Source of the DNA: a virus | UHGV virus genome: UHGV-0170246 | Reading direction: 5' to 3' (one strand) | Length of the DNA: 45,982 nt | Shown: positions 35,001 to 44,570 of the stretch, piece after piece | Layout: each line of letters opens with the position of its first letter | How positions within the stretch are numbered: position 1 is the first letter of the stretch | Notes under the pieces: model-generated | Databases searched by the model: none | The model's input: only the letters and a program-made list of their open reading frames with translations | What the model was told of the DNA's origin: nothing | Made by a program: the position numbers and the translations under genes

Positions 35001-36463
35001 TGGGATATCGCCACGGTATTTATATATCTGAGCTGGCTACATCTATAACTCCTCCAGTACAAGTTAGTGCTGGGTTGATTGTCGCATTTGGTACAGCTCC
35101 TGTTAATCAGTTAGAAGATCCAGCCTCAGCGGTAAATAAACCTATCATTGCTTATACATACGCAGAGGCCGTATCTAAAATAGGATATAGCACAAACTTC
35201 GAGAAATATACTTTAAGCGAAGTAATTAAAGTCGCATTTGGAATATATGGTGTTGCGCCAGTTGTATTTATTAATGTGCTTGATCCAGCAAAGCATAAGA
35301 AAGACGTAACTGATGAGGTAGTAAAACTTTCTGGCGGGAAAGGTACGCTCTCTAACGATGGTGTCTTATATAAATCTGTTGTTGTGAAAAAAGCAGATGG
35401 TGATTCGGCAGGATTAACGGTTGATACCGATTATGTGCTGGCGCTGGATGATAATGGCTATACGGTCATTACCGCTATTAGCGGAGGAAAAATTACCGAA
35501 AAAGATGCTACTCTTAAGGTTAGTTATACGCATCTTGATCCCGGTGCCGTAACTAAAAATGACATTATCGGTGGTGTGGATTCCAACACTAAAGCCAATA
35601 CAGGGCTTGAGTTACTGTCTGATGTGTATCCCCGCTTCAAGTTGGTTCCTGGACAAGTGATTGCGCCTGGATTTAGTTCTGATAGTGAAGTTGGTCAGCT
35701 AATGGCGGCTAAAGCCGCGTTGATTAGTGAATTGTTCAAAGCAGAAGCCATAACTGATGCACCGACCGATAAATCTACTATCAGTGATTACTCGGCTGTT
35801 CCTGAATGGAAACAGAACAATAATCACATGGCCGCTAACCAGACAGTGTGCTGGCCGATGGTGAAACTTGGTGACAATATTTACCATCACTCAACCCATT
35901 TAGCGGCCGCAACATGCTTGCTGGATAGTCAGTATGGTGATATTCCATCACGTTCTCCGTCAAATATAAAACTACAGATGGACGGTGCTGTACGTAAAGA
36001 TGGCAGTGAAGTATGGCTTAACATTAGCCAGGCAAACTACTTAAATGGACAGGGGATTGTAACAAGCCTTAATTTTGATGGTTGGAAATCATGGGGAAAT
36101 CGTAATGCTATTTATCCAACATCTACAGACCCCAAAGACGCATTTCGTGTTTGCCGACGTATGTTTAACTGGGTGGGTAATACGTTAATTCTTTCGCATT
36201 GGTCAAAAATAGACAATCCTGCAAACCGTCGATTAATTGAATCGATTGTTACAAGTGCGAATATTTGGCTTAACGGCCTCACAGGTAATCAGGATATTGC
36301 AGGTGGTGTTGTTACCTTTGATCAGTCTGAAAACACGATTACGTCATTGATGGACGGGATTGTTAAATTCCATGTAAAAATGACACCATTCTCACCTGCC
36401 AGAGATATAGAGTTCGTCATGGAATATAATCCTGATTATCTGCTGAACTTGTTTTCTGAATAA
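35000..36463 (+). CDS. Contractile tail sheath protein
   Basis: 487 aa; N-terminal GIYISELATSITPPVQVSAGLIVAFGTAPVN pattern typical of myovirus sheath proteins. Confidence 0.8.
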   Translation: MGYRHGIYISELATSITPPVQVSAGLIVAFGTAPVNQLEDPASAVNKPIIAYTYAEAVSKIGYSTNFEKYTLSEVIKVAFGIYGVAPVVFINVLDPAKHKKDVTDEVVKLSGGKGTLSNDGVLYKSVVVKKADGDSAGLTVDTDYVLALDDNGYTVITAISGGKITEKDATLKVSYTHLDPGAVTKNDIIGGVDSNTKANTGLELLSDVYPRFKLVPGQVIAPGFSSDSEVGQLMAAKAALISELFKAEAITDAPTDKSTISDYSAVPEWKQNNNHMAANQTVCWPMVKLGDNIYHHSTHLAAATCLLDSQYGDIPSRSPSNIKLQMDGAVRKDGSEVWLNISQANYLNGQGIVTSLNFDGWKSWGNRNAIYPTSTDPKDAFRVCRRMFNWVGNTLILSHWSKIDNPANRRLIESIVTSANIWLNGLTGNQDIAGGVVTFDQSENTITSLMDGIVKFHVKMTPFSPARDIEFVMEYNPDYLLNLFSE

Positions 36464-36479
36464 ATAATAGGAGGTTGCT

Positions 36480-37001
36480 TTGAGCAATCAAATTCCTGAG
36501 AGACTTATTAACTTTACAGTATACGGTGAGGGAAACCGTATTATCGGTGTTGCTGACGCAAAGCTGCCATCAATTGAGATGATGACAGAAACTGTTAGTG
36601 GTGCAGGTATCGCTGGAGAGCTTGAGAGCGGAACGCTGGGGCATTTCAAACCAATGACTGTCTCTCTTAAATGGCGAACTCTGACCTCTGCTGGTACAAA
36701 ATTATTTCTATCCTCATCGCATCAGGTAGATTTTCGCGGTAGCCAGCAGGTTTATGATGCAGGAACAGGAAAATATAAAACGGTTCCTATTCGGGCTTCA
36801 ATGAAGCTAAACCCTAAAAAACTGGATTTAGGTTCGCTACAGGTGGCAAAGGCTACTGATTCAGAGAATGAATTTGAAGTTCTCTATATCAAATTATTTA
36901 TTGATGGAAAAGAAGTCTTGGAAATTGATAAGTTGAACTTTATTTGTATCTTTGATGGTGAAGATATATTAAAAAGCGTTCGTGATGATTTAGGTTTATA
37001 A
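36480..37001 (+). CDS. Tail tube protein (P2 FII-like)
   Basis: 173 aa; TTG start 7 nt after AGGAGG; N-terminal NFTVYGEG pattern. Confidence 0.7.
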   Translation: MSNQIPERLINFTVYGEGNRIIGVADAKLPSIEMMTETVSGAGIAGELESGTLGHFKPMTVSLKWRTLTSAGTKLFLSSSHQVDFRGSQQVYDAGTGKYKTVPIRASMKLNPKKLDLGSLQVAKATDSENEFEVLYIKLFIDGKEVLEIDKLNFICIFDGEDILKSVRDDLGL

Positions 37002-37010
37002 GGTGACAAA

Positions 37011-37292
37011 ATGGAAACCGTTAAATTAAGTAAAGAATATCGTTTTGAAGACTTTGAGCCGGTGACTGAACTCAACCTTGATTTAGACAACCTAAAAGGC
37101 AGTGATATTTTAGAGGTATCGGACTTACTGCAATCTCAAGGGCATGTTTCAGTTCAAACATCACTTGATAATAAAGTCCATGCAGCCTTGGCTGCTCGCT
37201 GTATTGGCCGTCCAATAGAGTATCTGAATGGATTGCCAGCGAAAGACTTTATTAAAGTTTGTCAAAAGGTACAGAATTTTTTGCTCTCGTAG
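37011..37292 (+). CDS. Tail assembly chaperone (P2 gpE-like), frame-0 product
   Basis: 93 aa between tube and tape-measure genes; ends just after a slippery heptamer. Confidence 0.6.
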   Translation: METVKLSKEYRFEDFEPVTELNLDLDNLKGSDILEVSDLLQSQGHVSVQTSLDNKVHAALAARCIGRPIEYLNGLPAKDFIKVCQKVQNFLLS

Positions 37293-37441
37293 GTTTTGAT
37301 GAGCAAAAACCTATTGATAAGCAAATAATGAGGGCCGCGAGTTCTCTATCTCAATCATCTCAATCAACACCTATATCCTACTGGCTTTCGCTTCGGTTGA
37401 GGCGAATCGTCGCATGGATTGATGTGTTTAATGAGGATTAA
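37259..37441 (+). CDS. Frameshift extension of the tail chaperone (E'-like), made only as a fusion with 37011-37283
   Basis: -1 frame relative to the chaperone; continues 52 codons past the slip site. Confidence 0.5.
   Translation: MSKGTEFFALVGFDEQKPIDKQIMRAASSLSQSSQSTPISYWLSLRLRRIVAWIDVFNED
37277..37283 (+). other. Candidate -1 programmed ribosomal frameshift site, slippery heptamer T-TTT-TTG
   Basis: In frame 0 the heptamer is aaT TTT TTG; the overlapping ORF 37259-37441 is in the -1 frame. Confidence 0.6.
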
Positions 37442-37446
37442 TACTA

Positions 37447-40239
37447 ATGGCCAGCAATAAGAACTTTAAGCTGGCTTTTGAAATTGGCGGCAAAGTTGCC
37501 GCCTCTCTCCCCAAAAGTTTTACTACAGCTAATCAGGCTGTTGCTAAATTAAATGCCGAGCTTGCTGGATTAACGAAAGAACATGGGGAAATTCAAAAGC
37601 TACAATCTGTAAAAGTAAAGGTTGGACAGACTGCCCTCGAATATCATAAAGCTGCCGCTCGCGTTGAAGAGTTACAGAAGCAAATAAAAAACACGGCCAA
37701 TCCAACCAGAGCGATGCTTCGTGACTTTGAGAAGGCAAAAACACATTCATCAAATTTACGAGCATCACTACGTTCTCAGCGTGAAGAACTGGCCGCTTTA
37801 AAGTCTGCGTATCAGGGAGCTGATACATCTGCCAGAGCTTTGGCCTCAAGAGAGAAAGAGCTTAAAGCAAGCATTGATCGTAATCGTGAGGCTCAGGCCC
37901 GTAGCGTTGAGCAGGTTAACCGCTACAGAACGGCTTTGGCTTTAGCCAGAGCAAATGTTCAGCAAGTGAAAAAACAGCAGGAGGAACTTAACCGGGCATT
38001 AGAAAAACAACGTATTGATAAAATTAACAGTTATAAAAATGCGTTGGCTGAAGCACGGAAAAATGTTCTTGCAGTAAAACGTGCTCAGGAGGAGTTAAAC
38101 CGCGCGTTGGAAAGGCAGCGTGAATTGAAGCGAGAGCATCTTGGTGAGGCAAAGAGTCAACTTGTAAGGTCAGGATTACAAACTGGTGCTGTAGCGGCTG
38201 GTGCATTTGCTGCTGCTAACAATGCAGCAAATTTCAATCGTGAAAACAAAATGATTGGTCTTACGGCAGATATGAAGCCGGAAGAAGTTCAGGCGATGGG
38301 GCAGGCGATGCTTGTTACCGGAACGGCCACCAACCAGTTTGCATCTGATATTCAGGCCGCTCAGGGTTTTCTCGTCGCTGCTGGGCAGGATTATAAAGAG
38401 GCTCAGGCGAATCTACTAACTATTGGGCGAACAGCTACAGCTACTGGCTCTGATATCCTCGATGTCTCGAAAGCATCATTTACATTAAGTGACTCATTGA
38501 AGATTGATCCATCTCAAATGAAGTCTGCAATGGGGATTCTGGTTCAGGCAGGGAAAGAGGGAAACTTTGAATTTAAAGATATGGCCAAAAATCTTCCTGT
38601 GCTTGGTGCTCAGTTCCAGGCATTAAAAATGGGAGGTAAAGAAGCCGCCGCGACGATGGGGGCAGCTTTGCAGATAGCTCGCAAAGGTGCTGCAACTTCG
38701 GATGAGGCTGCTAATAATATGAACAACTTTTTGGCAAAAATACTTTCCCCTGAAACACTAAAAAAAGCAAAGAAAAATTTCGGTGTAGATTTATATAAAA
38801 TTGTCACAACAGCGCAGAAAAAAGGGAAGAATCCATTCGAAGCTGCAATGCATTCTGTCATGAAAATGACTAAGAACGGAGATCAGAAGTTACTTGGTGA
38901 ACTATTTGGCGATATGCAGGTTCAGAACTTTGTTCGTCCGATGATTCAAAACTGGAAGGAATACCAGAGAATCAAAGCAACATCTCTTGGAGCTGGAAGT
39001 GCTGTTATTGACCGCGATTTTGCCAACATAACGAAAGATAATGCGGAGCGATTGAAACAATTACGTATTCAGGCTAGCAATGCATCATTAAGTTTTGGTC
39101 AGGCCTTGCAACCTGCTTTGAATGCCGCGCTTAGTGTTTTGGTTCCGCTGATTACAAAAATTAGTGAATTTGTAGCTAACAACCCCAATTTTGTGTCTCA
39201 GATAGTGATGGCGGCAGGTGCGTTTCTAACCATGAAAAGTGTGGTTATAGCGTGTAGGGTAGCTATGCTGGCTTTATCTGTAGCGACAAAGCTAACACCC
39301 TTCGGGTGGATTCAGATGGCTATATCTGCGCTGGTTGCCGCAGGAATATTGCTCTATCAGAACTGGGATAAGATCAGAGATTATGCTGTCAGAGTTTGGC
39401 CTTCTGTTAAGGAATATACAGTTAAATCGTTTGAGACTATAAAAAACTTTATCTTAAACTTTGATCTCAATGGATGGATTATATCTATATTTGGTAAAGC
39501 ATGGGATTATCTTTCCAACATAAACTGGAGTTCGGCAGGAGTAAGAATTTACAGTACATTAATTAGTGCTTTTAAATGGATGTCTCCGCTTCCGTTCTTA
39601 ATTAAAGCATTTAAACTTACAACAAATTACCTTTCTGGCATTAACTGGAGCGAAACAGGAAAGAAAATCATAGATACACTGGTATCTGTTTTTATGCGTT
39701 TTTCGCCAGTTGGACTCTTTATAAGAGCATTCCAATCTGTAACGGCTTATTTATCTGGAATAAACTGGAGTGAGTCAGGTGCAAAAATAATTGAGACGTT
39801 AATCATTGGGATAAAATCAAAAGCAAATGCTTTAATTAATGAAGTGAAAGGCGTTTTTTCTTCTGTACGTGAGTATTTACCGTTCTCTGACGCGAAAAAA
39901 GGTCCATTCTCACAGCTAACAAAGTCAGGTGGTGCAATAATGACTACTCTGGCATCAGGTGTTAGCAGGAATAACAGCTTACAGAATGCAATAGCAACCA
40001 AGTTCGGGCAATCAAATTTATCACCTCACGGGATATCTGCCGCCGGGACTTCTGGACCTCGCCAGAACGTTAATGCTGTGACTGGTGGAATAACCTATTC
40101 ACCTGTAATCAATCTTCCGGCTGGTTCACCAAAGGAAACTGAGGCGGCAGCTAAAAGAGCATTAGATGCGGGATATTCTGATTTTGAGAAGAAATTGAGT
40201 GCTCATATGTTCCAACAACGGAGATTAAGTTTTGGATGA
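37447..40239 (+). CDS. Tail tape measure protein
   Basis: 930 aa; coiled-coil N-terminal region, central hydrophobic segments, W-containing repeats (GINWSE x3). Confidence 0.85.
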   Translation: MASNKNFKLAFEIGGKVAASLPKSFTTANQAVAKLNAELAGLTKEHGEIQKLQSVKVKVGQTALEYHKAAARVEELQKQIKNTANPTRAMLRDFEKAKTHSSNLRASLRSQREELAALKSAYQGADTSARALASREKELKASIDRNREAQARSVEQVNRYRTALALARANVQQVKKQQEELNRALEKQRIDKINSYKNALAEARKNVLAVKRAQEELNRALERQRELKREHLGEAKSQLVRSGLQTGAVAAGAFAAANNAANFNRENKMIGLTADMKPEEVQAMGQAMLVTGTATNQFASDIQAAQGFLVAAGQDYKEAQANLLTIGRTATATGSDILDVSKASFTLSDSLKIDPSQMKSAMGILVQAGKEGNFEFKDMAKNLPVLGAQFQALKMGGKEAAATMGAALQIARKGAATSDEAANNMNNFLAKILSPETLKKAKKNFGVDLYKIVTTAQKKGKNPFEAAMHSVMKMTKNGDQKLLGELFGDMQVQNFVRPMIQNWKEYQRIKATSLGAGSAVIDRDFANITKDNAERLKQLRIQASNASLSFGQALQPALNAALSVLVPLITKISEFVANNPNFVSQIVMAAGAFLTMKSVVIACRVAMLALSVATKLTPFGWIQMAISALVAAGILLYQNWDKIRDYAVRVWPSVKEYTVKSFETIKNFILNFDLNGWIISIFGKAWDYLSNINWSSAGVRIYSTLISAFKWMSPLPFLIKAFKLTTNYLSGINWSETGKKIIDTLVSVFMRFSPVGLFIRAFQSVTAYLSGINWSESGAKIIETLIIGIKSKANALINEVKGVFSSVREYLPFSDAKKGPFSQLTKSGGAIMTTLASGVSRNNSLQNAIATKFGQSNLSPHGISAAGTSGPRQNVNAVTGGITYSPVINLPAGSPKETEAAAKRALDAGYSDFEKKLSAHMFQQRRLSFG

Positions 40240-40450
40240 TTATAGAACGGTTCAAGGGGACTCATGGGATAGTATCGCGTTAAAGTTGTATGGTAATGAG
40301 TACCTGTCTTATCTTCTTATTGATGCTAATACTGAGCACCGCTTTACGGTGCTTTTTTCTGCGGGAATTATTCTTAAAGTTCCTGATGCTCCGGTTATGC
40401 CAATATCAGTAAACAATTTGCCTCCGTGGAGACGCAATAGTGTTACGTAA
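40232..40450 (+). CDS. Tail protein X-like (LysM-like)
   Basis: 72 aa; LysM-like N-terminus; position after the tape measure gene. Confidence 0.5.
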   Translation: MDDYRTVQGDSWDSIALKLYGNEYLSYLLIDANTEHRFTVLFSAGIILKVPDAPVMPISVNNLPPWRRNSVT

Positions 40451-41441
40451 AACGCTTTTTGATGTTATATATCAGAATGTAAATATTACCGCTCATATGT
40501 CACCTGATGTTTTGTCAATGTCTTATACAGATAATGAAGATGGTCAGGTCGATGATATTTCTATTATATTAAAAAATGATGATGGGAAATGGTCTGGAGA
40601 CTGGACACCTAAAAAGGGTGATTTTATTGATTTGAGCTTTAAGCCTATAAATCAAATCGTCCTTGAGTGCGGGAAATTCCAGGTAGATGGCATAACTTGC
40701 TCTGGACCACCTTCTGTTGTTGAGGTGACTGCTGTTTCTGTTCCTGTTTCATCAGGCATTAGACGTGATTTAAAAAGTAATGCATGGGAAAAAACAACTC
40801 TTAAAGATATAGCAACCTCTATAGCTAAATTAGCTAACCTTGAACTGTTGTTTCTTATTGATGGTGATAGTAATCCATATTATGCGCGTGAAGATCAAAT
40901 GGAGGAAAGCGATTTAAAATTTCTCCATCGACTATGCCAGGATGAAGGGTTGTCGTTAAAGGTCACTGATAGCCAATTAATAATATTTGCTCAAGAGATG
41001 TTTGAGCAAAAAGATCCTATCGCTACGCTTACGTTAGGTATTGATGAGATAATCAGATATAGCTTTAGCACACAATCTACAGATTTGTATAAAAGTTGCA
41101 CGTGCAAATATCGCGTACCTAAAAAAAGAAAGTCGCTTTCGTATACTTGGGTAGATCCATCCGTAGAAGAAGGGTCGAATCTTAAGATAAGAAAACTGGT
41201 AGCTAATTTAGATGAAGCAAAACGTAAGGCAAAGGCTGCTTTGCGGCTTAAAAATAGATATCAAAATACAGGATCTTTAGTATTGGTTGGAGACACCAGA
41301 TTGGTAGCTGGTGTAACTATAAATCTGGACGGATTCGGTTCATTTTCTGGAAAATATCTTATATCGAAAGCTGTGCATTCAATTGGGGCTAGTGGTTATA
41401 CCACCTCGATTGATGTCCGAAGAGTAATTAATGGGTATTAA
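40440..41441 (+). CDS. Tail protein, P2 gpD-like (late control D / baseplate hub)
   Basis: 333 aa; position between X-like and V-like genes. Confidence 0.55.
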   Translation: MLRKTLFDVIYQNVNITAHMSPDVLSMSYTDNEDGQVDDISIILKNDDGKWSGDWTPKKGDFIDLSFKPINQIVLECGKFQVDGITCSGPPSVVEVTAVSVPVSSGIRRDLKSNAWEKTTLKDIATSIAKLANLELLFLIDGDSNPYYAREDQMEESDLKFLHRLCQDEGLSLKVTDSQLIIFAQEMFEQKDPIATLTLGIDEIIRYSFSTQSTDLYKSCTCKYRVPKKRKSLSYTWVDPSVEEGSNLKIRKLVANLDEAKRKAKAALRLKNRYQNTGSLVLVGDTRLVAGVTINLDGFGSFSGKYLISKAVHSIGASGYTTSIDVRRVINGY

Positions 41442-41443
41442 TT

Positions 41444-42064
41444 ATGAATGATTTAGAAACATTATTACGTCAGACTATAAGAGTTGGCGTTGTTTCTGAT
41501 ATTGATGATGGTGATGTTACAGCAAGAGTTACTTTCGATGATCAGGATAACGTCACTTCGGCAAAGTTATCAGTTATTGTGAAAAATACGGATAAGAATG
41601 CTGATTACTGGATGCCAGATATTGGTGAGCAAGTTTTGTGTATCTTTCATCCCGCAGGGCCGCAACAAGGTTTTATTCTTGGTAGTTTTTATGATGAAAC
41701 ACAGAAGCCGCCATCTAATACTGTTAATAAACGCGTCATTAGATTTAATAACGGAACTCGTATTGAGGTAGACAGAGAATCTAATTTACTCCTTGTTGAT
41801 GCTGTCGGAGATGTAACCGTTAAGGCTACAGGAACCGTAACTATTGATGCTCCAGAAACCATCATTACCGGAAATGCTACAGTTGAAGGATTACTAACCT
41901 TCAAAGGTGGAATGAAAGGATCTTCTGCTGGAGGTGTTGCAGCTACAATTTCTGGGGATGTTAAGGTTGTTGGTGGTGATATAGATGTTGATGGGATTAA
42001 ATCTAAAGGCCACCATCACACGGCTCAGGGGGAATACGCTCCGACAACGGAGGCTCAGGCATGA
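41444..42064 (+). CDS. Baseplate assembly protein V-like (spike)
   Basis: 206 aa; N-terminal OB-fold-like region and Gly/Val-rich beta C-terminus. Confidence 0.6.
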   Translation: MNDLETLLRQTIRVGVVSDIDDGDVTARVTFDDQDNVTSAKLSVIVKNTDKNADYWMPDIGEQVLCIFHPAGPQQGFILGSFYDETQKPPSNTVNKRVIRFNNGTRIEVDRESNLLLVDAVGDVTVKATGTVTIDAPETIITGNATVEGLLTFKGGMKGSSAGGVAATISGDVKVVGGDIDVDGIKSKGHHHTAQGEYAPTTEAQA

Positions 42065-42528
42065 TTGTGGGTATGCTTGGTACAATGCCTTTTGTTGCCT
42101 CATCAATAGTGGTGAATACGTTCAACAATTTTAAAAGGACGTCAAAGCGTCGTGTAGCGCGCCATGATGTTATTGGGCTTAAACCTGTTCTGGAGGATAT
42201 AGGTCCAGATCTGGATGAAGTTAGTTTTAATATGCGGTTGGATACAACACTTGGCATTGTTCCATTGGCTGCGCTTTCATTACTTAGGACAATGCAATCA
42301 ATTCAGGAAGTAAATCCTGTTGTAATTGGTATTCAGTATTTTGGTAATTTTATAATTACAGATATAGAGGAATCATGGACTTATTTCGGTCCAACTGGGA
42401 ATCCACGAGTGATTATCGTCGGCATTAAATTACAGGAAGTCGGACAGACCTCTCTGAAAGAAGCATTAGTTGATATTGCTGGCAATATAGAGTCAAAAAC
42501 TAGAAGTGCGTTAGGTAAATTATTATGA
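42061..42528 (+). CDS. Hypothetical baseplate-associated protein
   Basis: 155 aa between V-like and W-like genes. Confidence 0.35.
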   Translation: MIVGMLGTMPFVASSIVVNTFNNFKRTSKRRVARHDVIGLKPVLEDIGPDLDEVSFNMRLDTTLGIVPLAALSLLRTMQSIQEVNPVVIGIQYFGNFIITDIEESWTYFGPTGNPRVIIVGIKLQEVGQTSLKEALVDIAGNIESKTRSALGKLL

Positions 42529-42845
42529 ATAATACGTTTACCATATCATCACCTTCTTACTCGATTGATTGGTCACCCAAAACAGTTGTAGAAGAAGTTT
42601 TGCAAAATGTCTCTACTATTATTAATACTCAGATTGGCACTGTACCATATGCCAGAAAATTAGGAGTTAATTCAAGTCTTGTTGATAGCCCTAGCCCAAT
42701 TTTTATTGCTACAGCAACACGAGAAATAATTCAAAAAATTAGTGAGTTTGAGCCTAGAGCGATTATCCATTCTGTTACTTTTGAAAGAACGGACGTTTCT
42801 GATGGTTTTATTAGGCCAAAACTTGTGATAGGAGTTAGAGAATGA
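42525..42845 (+). CDS. Baseplate wedge protein, GPW/gp25-like
   Basis: 106 aa; EEVLQNVSTIINTQIGTVPYARKLG fits the gp25/GPW pattern. Confidence 0.65.
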   Translation: MNNTFTISSPSYSIDWSPKTVVEEVLQNVSTIINTQIGTVPYARKLGVNSSLVDSPSPIFIATATREIIQKISEFEPRAIIHSVTFERTDVSDGFIRPKLVIGVRE

Positions 42846-43966
42846 CGTTGCCGCGCGGTGGTTTGCCAGATATTACTTTCGCAGATTCTAACCCGACTGA
42901 TATAACAACTCGTTCAATCAGGGCTTTTGAGAGTATAACAGGTGAAACATTAGCACCTGCTGATCCACGTAGATTATTCATCTTGTCATTGTGTGAGATT
43001 ATTATACAGCAAAGAAAAGCTATCGATTTTTCTGCAAAACAAAACCTTCTTACATATGGTGGGGGTGAATATCTCGACCATATAGGCTATCTGACGGATA
43101 CGCCTAGGCTGGAAGCTCAATCTGCCTTGACTACATTTGAGTTTAATCTGTCAACAAAATTATCGGGGATATATACAATACCTGCTGGCACTCAAATTTC
43201 AACTGGAAATAGTGTTATTTTCCAAACAGATGTTTTGTTGGAAATACCAGCTGGGAAAACAGTTGGTACAGTCTCAGGATATGCTGTTATACCTGGCTTA
43301 TCGGGGAATGGATTTTTACCTGGGCAAATAAACGAGTTGGTGACTCCGTTGCCGTATGTTTCCAGCGTAAGGAATCTAACAACATCTAATTCTGGTGCTG
43401 ATACAGAGTCAGATGATAATTATGCTGAAAGAATAAAACTGTCGCCGGAAAAACTGTCTACAGCAGGGCCGGAGGATTCTTATAAATATTGGACAAGAAC
43501 AGCCAATCAGAATATAAAAGATGTGAATGTATATACACCATCGCCCGGAACTGTAGAAATCCGTTCTTTGTTAGAGAACGGGGATATACCTTCTGATGAA
43601 CTATTAGAGCAGATAAATAGCGTTCTCTCTGCAACTAATATTCGACCATTCACAGATAAAGTTCTTGTTAAGAAACCAGAGAGCATTGAATACGATATAA
43701 TAATTAAATACTGGATTAACTCATCGGACAAAAACAGAACAACGTTAATTCAAAGTGAGGTTGAGAAAGCTCTTGATGAGTATAAACAATGGCAACGTTC
43801 GGTTATGGGAAGAGATATAAATCCAGATGAAATTATTCAACGTTTAAAAAATGCCGGGGCTAAAAGATTAGAAATATCAAGTCCTGTATTTACTGTAGTT
43901 GGAGAGACGCAGGTCGCCAGAGAGAGAAATATAAATTGCCAGTATGCGGGGTTAGAGGATGGCTGA
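42842..43966 (+). CDS. Baseplate protein J-like
   Basis: 374 aa; position and size match P2 gpJ. Confidence 0.7.
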   Translation: MTLPRGGLPDITFADSNPTDITTRSIRAFESITGETLAPADPRRLFILSLCEIIIQQRKAIDFSAKQNLLTYGGGEYLDHIGYLTDTPRLEAQSALTTFEFNLSTKLSGIYTIPAGTQISTGNSVIFQTDVLLEIPAGKTVGTVSGYAVIPGLSGNGFLPGQINELVTPLPYVSSVRNLTTSNSGADTESDDNYAERIKLSPEKLSTAGPEDSYKYWTRTANQNIKDVNVYTPSPGTVEIRSLLENGDIPSDELLEQINSVLSATNIRPFTDKVLVKKPESIEYDIIIKYWINSSDKNRTTLIQSEVEKALDEYKQWQRSVMGRDINPDEIIQRLKNAGAKRLEISSPVFTVVGETQVARERNINCQYAGLEDG

Positions 43967-44540
43967 TATCTTTAATGTTAGCTTGTTGGATGTTTTACCT
44001 CCTAACTTAGCTAGAGATCCCAACGTGATAGCTATGTCGAAAGCTATTGATGATGAACTACAAGCAATTAACAATTTAATATATAAGACAGAAATATATA
44101 GCGTTGTTGATAACCTGGACTCAGTTGTTCTCGATCATTTAGCTTGGCAATGGAATGCTGATACATGGAGGGATAGTTGGCCTGTATCGTTAAAGCGTTC
44201 TGTTTTTAAATCAATAATACGAACAAAGCGAATAAAGGGTACAAGGGCAGCGGTTGACGATGTAGTAAATAGCTTGGGTGGAGAGGTAAACATAACAGAA
44301 TGGTTTGAAACATCACCACCTGGCGAACCATATACAGCCTCAATTGTTGCTTCGATTAACTCTTTTGATGGTGCCGTTCCTTCGAAAGAGATGTTGGAAG
44401 ATACGTTAAGAAGTATCAAGAGCGCAAAGTCGGCAAGAACATTATTTACATTTTCGCAAGCAGCCAATGTTTCTGGTGGTGTCGGTATTGTTGGTGCTTG
44501 TCAGCCTGTGTCTTATGTACGATTAATTGGCGAGTGCTAA
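43959..44540 (+). CDS. Tail protein I-like
   Basis: 193 aa; follows the J-like gene with overlap. Confidence 0.65.
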   Translation: MADIFNVSLLDVLPPNLARDPNVIAMSKAIDDELQAINNLIYKTEIYSVVDNLDSVVLDHLAWQWNADTWRDSWPVSLKRSVFKSIIRTKRIKGTRAAVDDVVNSLGGEVNITEWFETSPPGEPYTASIVASINSFDGAVPSKEMLEDTLRSIKSAKSARTLFTFSQAANVSGGVGIVGACQPVSYVRLIGEC

Positions 44541-44570
44541 TTCGCAATTTGTTAATTCAAGGAATTAAGC

